Shown: one piece after another, positions 33,240 to 45,765 of the stretch
Layout of the letters: every line of letters starts with the position of its first letter
Position numbering within the stretch: position 1 is the first letter of the stretch
NCBI GenBank assembly: GCA_000934665.2
Contig: JYFJ02002899.1
Span: 1 to 49,462 of the forward strand
Source of the DNA: Catajapyx aquilonaris
Taxonomy: Eukaryota
Length of the DNA: 49,462 bases
Direction of reading: 5' to 3'
Notes under the pieces: model-generated
What the model saw: only the letters and a program-made list of their open reading frames with translations
Databases searched by the model: none
Told to the model about the DNA's origin: nothing
Program-made: the position numbers and the translations under genes

Positions 33240-34436
33240 TGTGCTCTAGTTCTGGCCACCAGAGGTGGCCACAAAGAGCATTGGTCACATTTCAATGCCG
33301 ATTGTGGCCACGTGATCTGTCTACAATGTCTAATATATTTAAGGCATTACAACGTACAGTAAGAGTCTAAAAGCCCAGAATGTCCCAAGTTAAAAAATAT
33401 ATACATTACATATTACAACTTGTCACTTGCGCCTAAAAATTTGCAGAATATCCAACTCTGCGCCTTAACATTTTACACAAGAAATGAGCACTTGATGGAC
33501 TGGCTTGCATGTGCCATTTTTTTGTGCACATATGAGGTGACTTTCACAGCCACTCACTATGAGGCCACCTGACGGAATTCCCAATTAACATTCAGCTAAT
33601 TTTTTCATTGTTATCAGGCTTCATGATTCACTAATTTAATAGTTTTAACTAGGAACTGGTGCAGTGGCCAGAACCGGTACAACCCTACTCTGAATTTACA
33701 CATTTTTTGGTTTCATTGCATTTGAAGTATTACTTACATTTGAAGAGTCCAGGGGAAAAAGGGGGAATGTCAAATTCCACTGGGGTTCCTGCCAATTGCA
33801 CAGTACAATAGTAGCGTAGGTGCCACTTATACCTGGAGCTTTCCATGGGTACAAGGGGGACAGCTGCATATAATGACGTGAAGATATCCCTATTATTCCT
33901 TATACACGTGAAGAAATAAAGCAAATTCTTCAATTTCTCACGAACATTTTTTGTGACATTCCCCCTTTTTCCCTTGGACTCTTCATTTATATTATGGACT
34001 GTGATAGCCACTTGGTTCGGTTCTATACCCTGTGCCACACTGTGTCTTTCTGCAAGGTCAAGTAGACTCGGTAACTCGTCTTAACTGTGTATATTCAGCT
34101 GTGGGTGCAGCATTTTTAGAATGAACCAAAAAATGCAAAATTTAAGTCTGTGACTTTGGCCGCTATTTTTGTGGGAACACCAGAGGTAGACCTGTTCCCC
34201 CCAAAAATTGAGAATATTTCAGAGGACATTTCTTATTTTTAAATTTTGGAACTGAAATTGTACGTTATTTCACAATTGTCTCATAAGACATCAAAATGGT
34301 CTGTGCCTCATGTTTAGTGCAGATGAAAAGAAAATTACATGAAATTATATGGATTATAATTATTGACACAACTAATAATGACAATTTCAAATTTGCTTCT
34401 CATAGATGCTGTACAAATCACGTCACTATCACTTTT

Positions 34437-35066
34437 ACTATTGTAAGGTGAGTGTGTCCACCTATCAGATGATCTCCCTATAAAAAGGTGTGTGTGGCAG
34501 GAGTTAGTTCTGCTAAAGATAATTACCTTAAAAAGTACTTGTGTAAGAGTCATTCAAATGAAAACAACCCAAGGTTACAGTAAATTGCCACCAGTCAACA
34601 ACTACCTCCCCTCTCGAAACCGCTTACTCCAGGCTCTAACACTTGCCAAAGACATACTGATTTCATACACAGTACTTATCTGGCGATGGATTTATATACG
34701 TCCAACTTATTCCGAGGTTCAAAAGCGGATTACTGCAAACTGCTCAACCTTTGTTACTTCCATCTCTGACTGGATGGTTTCTTTTATGGGGTGATCCTGA
34801 ACAAAGGCACACTGCACTGTGTCGAGTGATCGAATGGCCAACTGTCAGTGTGTCATAATTCTACAACAGTACCACCTTCGTTTTGTGTAGGATATACCAC
34901 AAGAAACTCATTTGGCAATTTGCTATGGCCTTGGATTGTTTTCATTTGAATGACCCTTACACAAGTACTTTTTAATGTAATTATCCTTATCAGTACTGAC
35001 TCCTGCCACACACACCTCTTTATAGGGCGATCACCTAACAGGTGGACACACTCACTTTACAATAGT
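34437..35066. mobile_element. Diverged foldback/MITE (~150-bp inverted arms)
   Basis: ACTATTGTAAGGTGAGTGTGTCCACCT... mirrored by ...AGGTGGACACACTCACTTTACAATAGT; third partial copy near 35170-35220. Confidence 0.8.
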
Positions 35067-35470
35067 TCCCTGGGGAACAGGATATCAGCATGATAATTAT
35101 TACCCTGCAAATACCCATCATTAATAATTGACACTCTTATCCTGCTACCTAGGCAGCTCTCACAAGGTACACGGGTCCACCTGCCAGGTGATCTCCCTAC
35201 AAATAGGTGTGGTGTGTGTTGCGGCATGTGCCCAGGGGCAAGCCAATGTGTCTAGTTGTCTACCTCATCACTGTTTAGTCCTTTGAAACCCCTACGTTTT
35301 TGTCTTGTTTTGGACCTATGAGTACTCTGATGGCATAATAAACATATTCCTATGTAAAGTAGAATGTTGAAATACTTATGCCCTGGGTTTGATCTACGTC
35401 TTTCCGCATGATAGGATTGTAAGGTTACCCAAGTACCTTTTGTCACATTATGTTGTATTGATTATTACAG

Positions 35471-35664
35471 ATTTCAAACCGACCATACACTGCAAAGGTG
35501 GCATTAGCATTCATCATAGACAGCTGTAAAAAAAATGGATTTCTGAGCCTCTGGCGAGGCAACTCAGCAACGATGGCCCGAATTGTGCCCTATGCTGCCA
35601 TTCAGTTTTGTGCCTTTGAACAGTGGAAGTGGGTTTTAGGCCTTGGAAGAGAGGAAGATAAGAA
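35471..35664 (+). CDS. SLC25A42: SLC25A42-like exon
   Basis: AG/GTAAGT bounded; ISNRPYTAKVALAFIIDSCKKNGFLSLWRGNSATMARIVPYAAIQFCAFEQWK...; phase 0 in, phase 2 out. Confidence 0.96.
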
Positions 35665-36272
35665 GTAAGTTGAATACCTCCTGCTTATTTGCAAGTAGTA
35701 GATATGCTAATGCATAATTGTTATAAATGATGCGCCCCCTTATGTCAAGTTGAGGTGTTTTTAAAATCCTGGTGAGATAGTGAATGTCCCCTTTCTTCCC
35801 ATAACTCTTTGGAAAACTGGGACATGAAAATACTTTCTATGGATGGATATTTAGTTCATGCAATAATTAGAATGTAGAGGTAGCTATTTTGTAAATTTTC
35901 TTGTCATTAGTTGAGCCTGAAGCAGCCATATTTTCCATTTTATTGTGCTGCTTCTGTAGCGTATCTCTTTGCATGCAGTCTTTCCTGTAAATCCAACTTC
36001 AGTTTGCAAACAAGTACAGGACACTCAAGCATGATTAGTATTACCAGACAGATTGTTAGTTGCTTTTCTTATTACCCATGTGCCTCCTGTTCTAGAGTCA
36101 AATATGACAACTATAGCTCATAAGTTATTTTTTATGGCACACTACATGCACTTTATGTTATGGGTGGCCCACACGAAATTGTAAAAATTTGCCATGGTGG
36201 AAAATGTCTAAGGGCTGGTTGTATGGAAGTAAATTAGGGTTAATATCAAAATATTAATAAGCATCCACAATA

Positions 36273-37028
36273 CAGGGTGTTCCAGAGTTGACGACTCACT
36301 CTTTGAAACGCAATTACTTTCGAACGGAATAACATATTTATTTAATGTATGCACCAAACATCAAGGAAATACTAACTTAAGGCCTGTTCTCCATGGTATG
36401 GTCAACCACCCCCCCTTCCACGTTGATACAGGCCTGCAATCGCAAGGCGACGTTGTCACACACCTTCCGACAGATGTCAACAGGGATCGCGTTGAACTCC
36501 TGTGTGATTATGTCATGCAGATGCTCCAGGGAGCCGATTCGATGATGGTAATACTGGTAAACCTTTTCCTTCAGATAACCCCACAGGCATCGGACTGATT
36601 TTGCTTTTGCTGGAGAACTTTCCAGTGCATCTCGGATGCGCTGTTTGTTTTCTGCATTCACAACTGTTTTCCCTTTGCTGGGGTTATTTTGATCCAAGAC
36701 ACTTCCAGTTTCATCGAACCGTTGGTTTATCCTCACAACAGTTTTTCGGGTAGGAGCCGGTCCACCGAACAGGTTTGCCATTTGACGGCACACTTCTGTA
36801 ACATTTTTTGTCACTGAATACAGTCGAACACTGGACACGTTTCTCCAACGACAGTCTTGCTTCGGCCATTTTTGTTGCAAGACCTGAGCATTGCTTTAGT
36901 ACTGCCACCTACATGGAAGATTTTCGCACCCTCCCTTGATGTTTTGGTACGTACTTTAAATAAATATGTTGTTCCGTTCGAAAGTAATTGCATTTCAAAG
37001 AGTGAGTCGTCAACTCTGGAACACCCTG
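36273..37028 (-). mobile_element. Internally deleted Tc1/mariner-superfamily element
   Basis: TA|CAGGGTGTTCCAGAGTTGACGACTCACTC TIRs with TA at both ends. HTH-like N-terminus fused in frame to LWGYLKEKVY...RLQACINVEGG. Confidence 0.93.
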
Positions 37029-37654
37029 TACATAATCTGATATAATAAGAAATTTTCTACTAAATTTGCATGCTTACAATTGTATGAATGCAAAGTAGGG
37101 AAAATTTCCAATTGTTATACTGTAGGTATTCACTGTACATATCTTACGTAACCAGAGATTTCTCCTTTATTTATACTTCTTGAGTAAGGGTTGGTAAAAC
37201 CAGACTGTAATAAAGAAGTATTAAGGCTTGAGTATCCCTTTAGTGTACCGTACAGCGTTGAATATATATTGAGGCATACTGCTAGCGACATTTTCCAAAG
37301 TGGCAGAAGAAGGAATCTTGCTCGCCCAGCTTGCAGCCCTTATCTTTGATTCCTTCTTCTGCCGATTCGGAAAATGTCGCTAGCCACCAGTGCCTCGAAT
37401 GCCTAGATGAATGTCCAACACTGTACTGTAGGCCACATTCCAGTGATTGCGAAATCAAAACCAGGGCACATCCAACATCCAGACATGAGTCAGGCTGTAA
37501 GTAGAGAGAGGTGGGTTGAAACTTCACTTGTTTCTCTCCTCCCGTCCTTGGGGAAAATAATCTGCTCTAAGGATGACATTACAATGAAATAATTATAATG
37601 ATTGCCTGGGACTCCTAATTTTGCATAATATGTGGCAGCATGCACATATTAATA

Positions 37655-38500
37655 TGAAGACCACAATGCAATAAGGGCCCATTTGTCAATTTTTACGGAA
37701 ATGCTTTTATGCCATGCTTTCCTTCCTATGGTGGATGTTCATTCATATAAAATACAAGAAGAGTCGAAATGTCACTAGAGGTGACTGAAATAAGCTTCTA
37801 ACTATCGATGGGACAGAGCGCAATTTCCTGATAGCAGTGACTAACGTGATTGTCACTTTTTAAAAGCGAGATTTTGATACGTTACAAGTGACCAGCGATT
37901 TTAAAATAGCAGTGATTTTTAAGCTCAAGATGAGTTTTGTCCCAGCTCTACTTCTAAAGGAGACGCTTTACTTTACCATTAGAACGTTCCCCTCTGACGA
38001 GCAGTGCGACACCTACAGTAGTGTAAAATAAAGCAGACTTATGGGTCTATATGTTACCAAAAAATTTTTGACCTGCGCCCTCGGGAAGTGGTCAAGAATG
38101 GATGATACTTTATAATGTATACATGTGGCATGGGAGGCCAAAGAAACATTAAATTTAATTAAATATAATGTGTAATTACTCTGAAGCGAAGAATGTGCCT
38201 CTGACATATCAGAATAATGCTTTATTTTATCCTGCGAAGGTTAATGTCTCCATATTTAGGCCAAAGGAACAATACAATGCAAGAAGGGCCCAATTGTGAG
38301 CATTCAAAGTATTTAAATAAAATATAAATTACATGGAGATTTCAATGAAAGTGCTGTCAGGTGTTCATGGTGCATTTATCTGTCATTACTTTCAGAGCAC
38401 CATTGCCTCATGATAGGAAATGGAAATAAATAAATTTTTTTCTTCCTGAACATTATTTTTCTATTTTCACAATTGGGCCCCTATTGAATTGTGGTCTTCA
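37655..38500. mobile_element. Old MITE with ~30-bp TIRs
   Basis: TGAAGACCACAATGCAATAAGGGCCCA / TGGGCCCCTATTGAATTGTGGTCTTCA; extra internal copy near 38272. Confidence 0.65.
37803..37950. mobile_element. Small hAT MITE nested in the previous element
   Basis: TATCGATGGGACA / TGTCCCAGCTCTA with TSD CTTCTAAC/CTTCTAAA (7/8). Confidence 0.65.
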
Positions 38501-38792
38501 ATTTCTTGGTGGCACAATTACCTGTCTAAATGTGCCTATTCAGTAAAATTAAGCTAGCCTGCCGAAAAGTTGTCCTGTACCTTAGTGAAGCGGTTCTTAC
38601 ACATTATTAAGCCAGGCTGGCTCTGGAACCATTGGAACTATTAGGGTGTTTACACATGATCATCTTTGGGATGGTCCTAGTACCTGCAGTAGTCCTAGTC
38701 TTCAGATGTGCCAATCAGCATGGTCACAAGAAAAGAGTTGCCTGCATAGATTCGTGGATCGAAAGGAGTATGGCTATTAAAAGTACTAGGAC

Positions 38793-39073
38793 CAGCCCCC
38801 TGCAACTCCCAGCCTAGCCTTATGGTGATGGTAGTCTCTGCCACCCAGGATTTGGTGCTGATGCAGCTCCACAGGCATCAATGCGGTTTGGGTGGCTGGC
38901 GAGCGAGTCTGCAAATGTACCCTGGACCCAGCTGCAGGGGAAAGGAAGGTTTGCGTTGCTTGAAGGTGTTCGCCCGAACCGCATTGATGCCTGTGGAGCT
39001 GTGCCAGCGCTAAATATGGGGTGGCAGAGATTCCCTAAGTCTCCTACCATATCATAGGAGTTGCAGGGGGCTG
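38793..39073. mobile_element. Hairpin MITE with CAGCCCCC TIR and 8-bp TSD
   Basis: TSD ACTAGGAC at 38785-38792 and 39074-39081; TIR CAGCCCCCTGCAACTCC; inner stem CAGCTCCACAGGCATCAATGCGGTT. Confidence 0.85.
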
Positions 39074-39100
39074 ACTAGGACCAACCTATGGGCACCTGTG

Positions 39101-39832
39101 TAGTGCTTCTACATATCCGGACTTTCCGGTATCCGGATATCCGAACCTGAATCCGAACCCTCTTCCCAGATCCGCACTATCCGGATAGTGTCGGACGGTC
39201 CGGATAGTCCGGGTAGTCCGGGTTTCAGATCCGAAACTTTGTAACTATCCGGATCTTGGGTTCCGTATCGTGGGTGTAGGGTAATAAAAAGAGTTCATAC
39301 AGGAACAGTCTCTTCTTTAGTTAGAGAAATGTCAGTAATTTCAATTACATTCACAACATACATTATGAAATGAAGACTATTCTAGCTTCCATAGTACCGG
39401 TGAAAGAAAGTGCAGTGTTACCTAGACGTAATCGAATTTATTTGACTTATTTCATAGAAATAAACCCTACAATCCTAAGCCCACACATGAAAAAAAAAAT
39501 GAGAAACCCGGGATTGAGATACACTAGGCCTTTGGATGGACCATTTGACTGGAGGTTTTTACCTGCCTCCAATAAATGCGTTTTTAATTGTGCAAATAAA
39601 ATATGCTCATTTCTCACAACAAACGTTCGATCCGGATCCTCGGATCCCGATGGGTACAAAGTGTCTCGGACTGGATCCGAAACCCGGACTATCCGGACCG
39701 GATCCGAAACTCGGACTATCCGGACCGTCCGACACTATCCGGATAGTGCGGATCTGGGAAGAGGGATCCGAAACAGGCTCGGATATCCGCATACCGGACA
39801 GTCCGGGAATCCGGATAGATGTTGAAGCACTA
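39101..39832. mobile_element. hAT MITE with TCCGGA/ATCCG subterminal repeat arrays
   Basis: Perfect TSD CACCTGTG; TIR TAGTGCTTC(T/A)ACAT; long subterminal inverted arms. Confidence 0.93.
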
Positions 39833-40144
39833 CACCTGTGTGTAGATTCTTTAGCCCAAAGATGTGTACTGCTCTTTGTCCCATCTTCTTTCTTTAGAAT
39901 TCAGTGATATCATTGTTTTTTTATTGTGGCTGATAGCAAGATAAACATAGCACAAATATCAAGAAATATTTTTTGAATACATATGTTGTATGATGATTTG
40001 TGGCATGCTGTAGTTGTAATACCTGTACTTGATTCTACTGTAATGACCATGAGCTACCGGGATAGGGGAGTGTATGAGACCCTATTAACAGCAGCATTTT
40101 TTTTGCTGCTATTGAGACAAGTTCATATCTTGCCCTGAGGTATA

Positions 40145-41715
40145 GGGGAGACCGGGGCACGATGGCTACAGGGGTACGATGGCACAGTCAAATATGCAAA
40201 GAGGCTATTAGGGTCACGGACCTGATGCTTACGTTATGTGGTAGGTACAGATAGACATGATTCACATTACATCCTATTTTCAATTCAATCGCAAAAGACT
40301 GTCGGCGGCAGTACCAATTTTTTTTCGATTTTTGACCATTTGAGTAAAGGACCTGTTCAAAGTTATCCTGGCAAAGAAAGGCCACCCACATGGCTCAATG
40401 ATTCGTGTCAATTAGATTGGAGCAGATCACTGAAACTTGGCAACGCAGGGGAGTTGGATCAAAATGTTGCTGTCCAGCCACTCTAATATATGTCATTCAA
40501 TGGAAGAATGCTTCTAAAGGGTGACCTCGGGTGACCTTCATCAGTTTGGAGAAAGAGTTCGGCCTTGATTTGCCAACGAACCCCATCTTGAGTCCGGTGA
40601 GTCCGCCCCTCTTTCACCTCTCTCTCTTTTAGGGGAGAGTGAGAGTGTGGAGAGGGAGTGAGGGAGAGATACGCGATTGGGCAAACGCGTGATATCTCGA
40701 TGGGGCTTGCATTTCGCATATCGGTTCCCTGAGGAGGCATTTGTCTCACACGAATATTCTTACAACATTTTTACGGGGTAAAAACCACACGAGTTTTCCT
40801 GCCTCTAAATCCACTAATAAAACAGTTCACCACGTGACAACATGTTTTGAATCCTACCAAGGCCACTAGGTAGCAACCCCTACCACATCAAAGATACAGT
40901 CAGTGGCGAACACAGCGGCCTTTAGCGGAAAACTAGGTGCATAGATTATACACTACAAGATGCGCAAGATGGTTGCCGTTTAGGTAGCGGGGCTACTTGA
41001 ACAGGTCCTTTACAGTTTTCATTAGTTTTTCTTTTTTCTTCCAACGAAAGTGCTAGATCACCCAGCCCAATAATGCGTTAGCAATGCATAATATCTGCCT
41101 ACAAAATGACAGCATAAATGGCCATTCAATATTTGTCACTCCAGAGTAGGAGGACTCTAAAGGAAAAAAAAAATGCCTATGGGGCATGATGGCACATTTT
41201 GCATGGGGCATGTCGGCACATGTCCCTACCAACCTTGGCAGACCATGGCGACTATGGCAAACCATGACAGCCTCTACTGCCTCTCCCCTGTCACTTATTA
41301 GGCTGGACCCATGCACTTTTCCCAGTTTCCAGATACTTGCTCCTTAGCAGGTAGCTGGAGGGCACGCGATGTTATCCTGCATGCGAAAAGTTCTTAATAT
41401 CTCTGTAACATCTTTGTAATCTCTTGTAACTATATGGATATGAATTGATAATATGTGTGGAAGTGATTTTCATATTATTACATAAGCCCTACCTTAACCT
41501 TATAATACTGTGCCAACGTGCCCTGTGCCTGTGGAGACTTTTTAAATAATTTCTAGGAGATAGCATATCTACTCGTATAATGCAACCACGTGAAAATATC
41601 ACATAATTATATTCTCAAATGTATTTATCAGTATAAAAACTATAGTGAATAAGTCTTAACTGGCCTCAGATAAAAATGAAATGTAAAAAGTGTGCCATAT
41701 AGCCCTGGTCTCCCC
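40145..41715. mobile_element. pogo-like non-autonomous element with nested insertions
   Basis: TA|GGGGAGACCGGGGC ... GCCCTGGTCTCCCC|TA; repeated GGGGCA(C/T)GATGGCACA motifs. Confidence 0.75.
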
Positions 41716-42400
41716 TATCAAAACTTTTTTTTAAAGGAATTAGGAATATAATTACAAAAGATTTCTGCTTCCTTTAGACAACATTCACGACCTCTGTACA
41801 AAAGAAATCTACAACCTGGTAAGTTTGTTCATAGTGGCCCAAAGTTTTATGACAGGCAGGGTGAATGTTTTCACAAATTATGCAAGACCTATATACTCAA
41901 GGTCTAACTTTCAAGCATGCTGTGATTGGTCGAAAATGAAACCAAAATCCAGCACTAAGAAACAATGTGGCCACCTCCAAGCAATTTTTAAGCAAGGTGC
42001 AATTTGTCATCTTTCCCTCATTGAGGTCTACATTTTCAGAAACATGTAGTATGAACTTTATACCATCTGTTTTAGGATTTATCTCACCCACATTGGTGAA
42101 AATCTCATAGGTACATGTTTCCAGTCCCCTGAGTCACTTTTCCTGCAAGTGTGGCTGAGAGTTATGCAATGTTGGAAGTACCATTTAATGGGCTTTCCAA
42201 TGGTGTGTATTATTACATGTCAGGCTTTAATTTTCACCTGTACTGATGTGAGGTAAATTTTGAAACATACACTGCTGACTTTAAGTTATCTTAAGTAAGA
42301 TTATACATGCTTGAATGTTTTGCATCATCAAGAATAATAATAAGCAAGTGTACAGCAACATAAGGCCTACTAAAAATATATACCTTTAAAAGTAAGTTGA

Positions 42401-42754
42401 CAGGGTGTTTTTAAGGGTGCGCACTTTTCCTTGGAAATGGATTCCATTGTGATATTCCAACACAAAAATTTCTCATCTTTATTTGAGGGATTTCAGTGTC
42501 ATTGTGAATTGATTATTTTTTATGCTATGCATGATAACAATAGGGAATATCCTGCATATCAGACTATTCATGTAGAGCAGGTTGGGGGTGTGGAATAACC
42601 TGCAGAATAACTCCTCTTACCTTTAATGACCTTTAAAATTAACAGGACATTATCTCCAAAACCAAGCCAGAATCGCTGGAGTCAACTTAATTAGTTTTCT
42701 GTTGGTTATATTGCAAGGAAATGTGAGGAAGTGCACATCTTACAGGACACCCTG
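42401..42754. mobile_element. Old Tc1-like MITE
   Basis: CAGGGTGTTTTTAAGGGTGCGCACTT / AAGTGCACATCTTACAGGACACCCTG|TA. Confidence 0.6.
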
Positions 42755-42920
42755 TAAATGGAACGTTTGCTCTGAATGAATGAATGTGAGAGCTTTAGTC
42801 TTGCAGTTTCTTCCTTGCTGATATTCATTGTTTATTTGTTCTTATTTGTGTATTTGTATAAAGTTACAGTACAGAGTAATTGCCTGTACTTCATTGTTTG
42901 CGTTGGCAGAAAGGAATCTG

Positions 42921-43801
42921 ACAAGGGAAGGTCACGGGGTGATAATGACGGATCTTGATGAAATTGGACATGGACAATATATGATGCCCAAAAATGAAAT
43001 ATTTCGTGCTGACGTCCATATTTGCAAAAGTTATGACGTCTTAAAGTTCCAAAAATAATACATTTTCATACTCCATGGGATTACATTAGCCACCACATAT
43101 AATGACATTGAAGTGTGTAATCAGTTTCTAGACCTATTCTCATCGGAAAAAAGTCCTACAGAACGGCTCTGGCCGTCCGTCCGTCCGTCTGTGGACAGGT
43201 ATAAAGGCCTAAACCGTAAGAGATAGCGACAAACGGTTTTCATATTCGGATTGAGAGTGACCAAAATAGGTTTCATGGTCAACTCCTGGTGACCTGCCAC
43301 TTCCGGTCTTCCGGGTTCACTCTATCCGCAAAAGTCTATACTTTACGGGCGGGGTTATCGTTGGATTTCGAAGTTAGTTTCCGTGTATTCCTGACCGTGT
43401 TTTTCGGGGATTTACTCCGGGTTTTACCTGACTCTCTGGCACAGGGGCAGTGGAATTTATTCCTGACGTTGGACATGTTTGCAATGAGTGTCATCGGCCG
43501 CCATGATGTTATCGCCCAAGCCGATACTGGAATCGATATGTTGCCTAGGTTACGATGTATCGATTCACATGCTAAAAAGGTCTAGAAACTGATTACACAC
43601 TTCAATGTCATTATATGTGGTCGCTAATGTAATCCCATGGAGTATGAAAATGTATTATTTTTGGAACTTTAAGACGTCATAACTTTTGCAAATATGGACG
43701 TCAGCACGAAATATTTCATTTTTGGGCATCATATATTGTCCTGTATTAGCATGTCCAATTTCATCAAGATCCGACATTATCACCCCGTGACCTTCCCTTG
43801 T
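42921..43801. mobile_element. Near-perfect ~215-bp inverted repeat enclosing a DINE-1/HINE-like core
   Basis: Arms 42921-43135 and 43578-43801 differ by a few bases and a 9-nt indel. Core has (CCGT)n followed by AAACCGTAAGAGATAG. Confidence 0.85.
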
Positions 43802-44411
43802 GAGTATTGCTGTAATTCCTGCAAGAATGAAACAAACATTTATAGTAACTTGAATGGTTCCTTTTTAATTCAACACCCTTGCTTGCATAGTAACTTCTAT
43901 ATTAAAATTTGTATTTGTAAACTGCATAGGAGTGTCCACTTATTCTTAACCATAAGAATGGACTGAAAAAGAGGTCCAAGTATGCTATCCAATATCGAAA
44001 TCTCACTGAAAACTCTGAAACTATCCTTAACTAGTGCTTACCATTTCGTCATAAGAAGTGTTTTAAGGAATGTTTCCCAAAAGTCAATGATGGATCGTCA
44101 ACCAACATTTGACCAATTTTTGACATCATATCAATCGGGGCATTTTTCGAACCTTAGCACCACATTTTACTACCAGCCTATGTTGAATGCTCTCACTGTC
44201 AATACTATTATTTTGTCTCATAGGCCCTCACCTGCCAATAATTTTACAAAAGTGATGAAATATGTGAAGGTCACTTGGATTGGACTATTTGGAGTATGCT
44301 CAAGCTGGACTGTTGGAGAAGGACACACCACAGTGCCTGAGAGCACATGACACTCCTTACACAGTCATTACTCGAAAGTCTTAATCCTTCACCACTTAGG
44401 TGGCCTAAAAA

Positions 44412-44671
44412 CCCTTAACTACTTAGGTGGAGCCTGAGCGGCTCCAACGCTATATTTAAATCTCTGCTTATCAGCTAAATTGTTATGTCATGGACTTTTC
44501 ACATACAGAAAGTGCCTTTCAGATCATTAGGCTTCCGAAAACGTAAAAATCACACTCTGAGTCAGCATATTCCAACAGAAAAATGGGCCTTGTTTATGAC
44601 TTGATTAACAAGTTGAATCACGTTTAAATAGTGGTTGGAGCCGCTCAGGCTTCACCTAAGTAGTTCAGGGG
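44412..44671. mobile_element. piggyBac-like MITE
   Basis: CCCTTAACTACTTAGGTGGAGCCTGAGCGGCTCCAAC / GTTGGAGCCGCTCAGGCTTCACCTAAGTAGTTCAGGGG|TTAA. Confidence 0.75.
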
Positions 44672-44679
44672 TTAAGCAA

Positions 44680-45215
44680 TTCCAGTGATGGAACTTGGAG
44701 CATGCAACCCATGCTCTAGAGATCTTGAACCAAGTGACCTTCACTTGTTTCTCCACATCCAGAAAAAATTTTGGCAGGCAAGAGTCTAGGCCAGTGCTTC
44801 CCAAACTGTGGCTTGCAACCCCATTTGGGGTCATGGACTTAATATTTGGGGTCGCGAAGGAGGACAATAATTTATTTTCACAAAATAATTCTGTCTCTCT
44901 CGAAAATTAGGCCCATATGGTAAGTTACAGAACAATTTCGATACTCGACAATAGTTATTATCAATGATTTTCATTTCACTGTATACCTGTCTTTTCATGA
45001 TGGAGGATCAAAATGTGCACATCTGGGGGGTTGCGAATTTCATGAGACGCTTTTTTGGGGTTGCTAACGAAAAAAAAATTTGAGAATCACTGGTCTAGGC
45101 AGTGATCAAGAGTGAAAGAATAGGTTTGGCTGTGAGAATGCTAGGCATAGACTTAAAACCTGGTACCATGGTTCAAACAATGCTTTGATAGACATGATAT
45201 TCTTGTCCAATAGTA
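44680..45215 (+). pseudogene. mariner transposase C-terminal relic split by a hAT MITE
   Basis: LEH...DLEPSDLHLFLHIQK./LAGKSLGSDQE and LVPWFKQCFD resemble mariner YSPDLAPSDFHLF...LVxRxxKC. Confidence 0.6.
44792..45092. mobile_element. hAT (Buster-type) MITE
   Basis: Perfect TSD GTCTAGGC; TIR CAGTGCTTCCCAAA / TTTGAGAATCACTG. Confidence 0.9.
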
Positions 45216-45632
45216 GCTGAAGGTTTGTGGCTTTATTGATTTTTGTGAAAGGGACATTCTCTTTTTGACTCACGCGGTTGCCACCCTTGAAATAATATAA
45301 ATATCTGATGTTCATTATGGGGTGATGATGCAGAACAATGTTAAAGCATAACAATTGATGTCAGTGCCCAGAACTAATTGCTTCCATCTCCCCCAAACAC
45401 CTTCCACAATCTCTAGGAGAACTACTTACCTAGCATGATATAGTCAATCCAAGTCTTTCAAGTAACAATTATCTATATGCAACAATGCATGTGTATGGCA
45501 CTAGAAAAACATAAAATGATAATTCCATATTTTGCAGGTTTTTTTATTGAAGGTTCTGCATTTTGTAGTGTTGGTAAGTTGCCTTAAGCAGTAATTGAAT
45601 TTCAATTATCTTCTTTTTTCCATTCTGTGCAG

Positions 45633-45765
45633 GACCATTTCTATCAAACGGTTTTTAGCTGGCTCACTGGCTGGCGTTGTTTCACAGTCACTTACATACC
45701 CTCTGGACATGGCTAGGGCAAGAATGGCTGTCACACATAAGGAAACGTACAAATCACTTAGACAG
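45633..45765 (+). CDS. SLC25A42: SLC25A42-like exon (carrier repeat 2 helix); gene continues beyond the window
   Basis: AG/GT bounded; first base completes [47 protein letters not shown]. Confidence 0.96.

Noticed and set aside
37994..38030. CTGACGAGCAGTGCGACAC, a minimal hammerhead-like motif
   Set aside because: GAAA is GACA and no stem I partner follows the putative cleavage site.
39370..39907. ORFs with repeated TGSETRTIR / GPDPK motifs; CRISPR-like appearance
   Set aside because: They read through the subterminal repeats of a hAT MITE; there is no repeat-spacer periodicity and the context is eukaryotic.
40483..40810. Possible Helitron nested in the pogo-like element (TCTAATATAT start, weak 3' hairpin)
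   Set aside because: No intact CTRR end or clear hairpin; boundaries unsupported.
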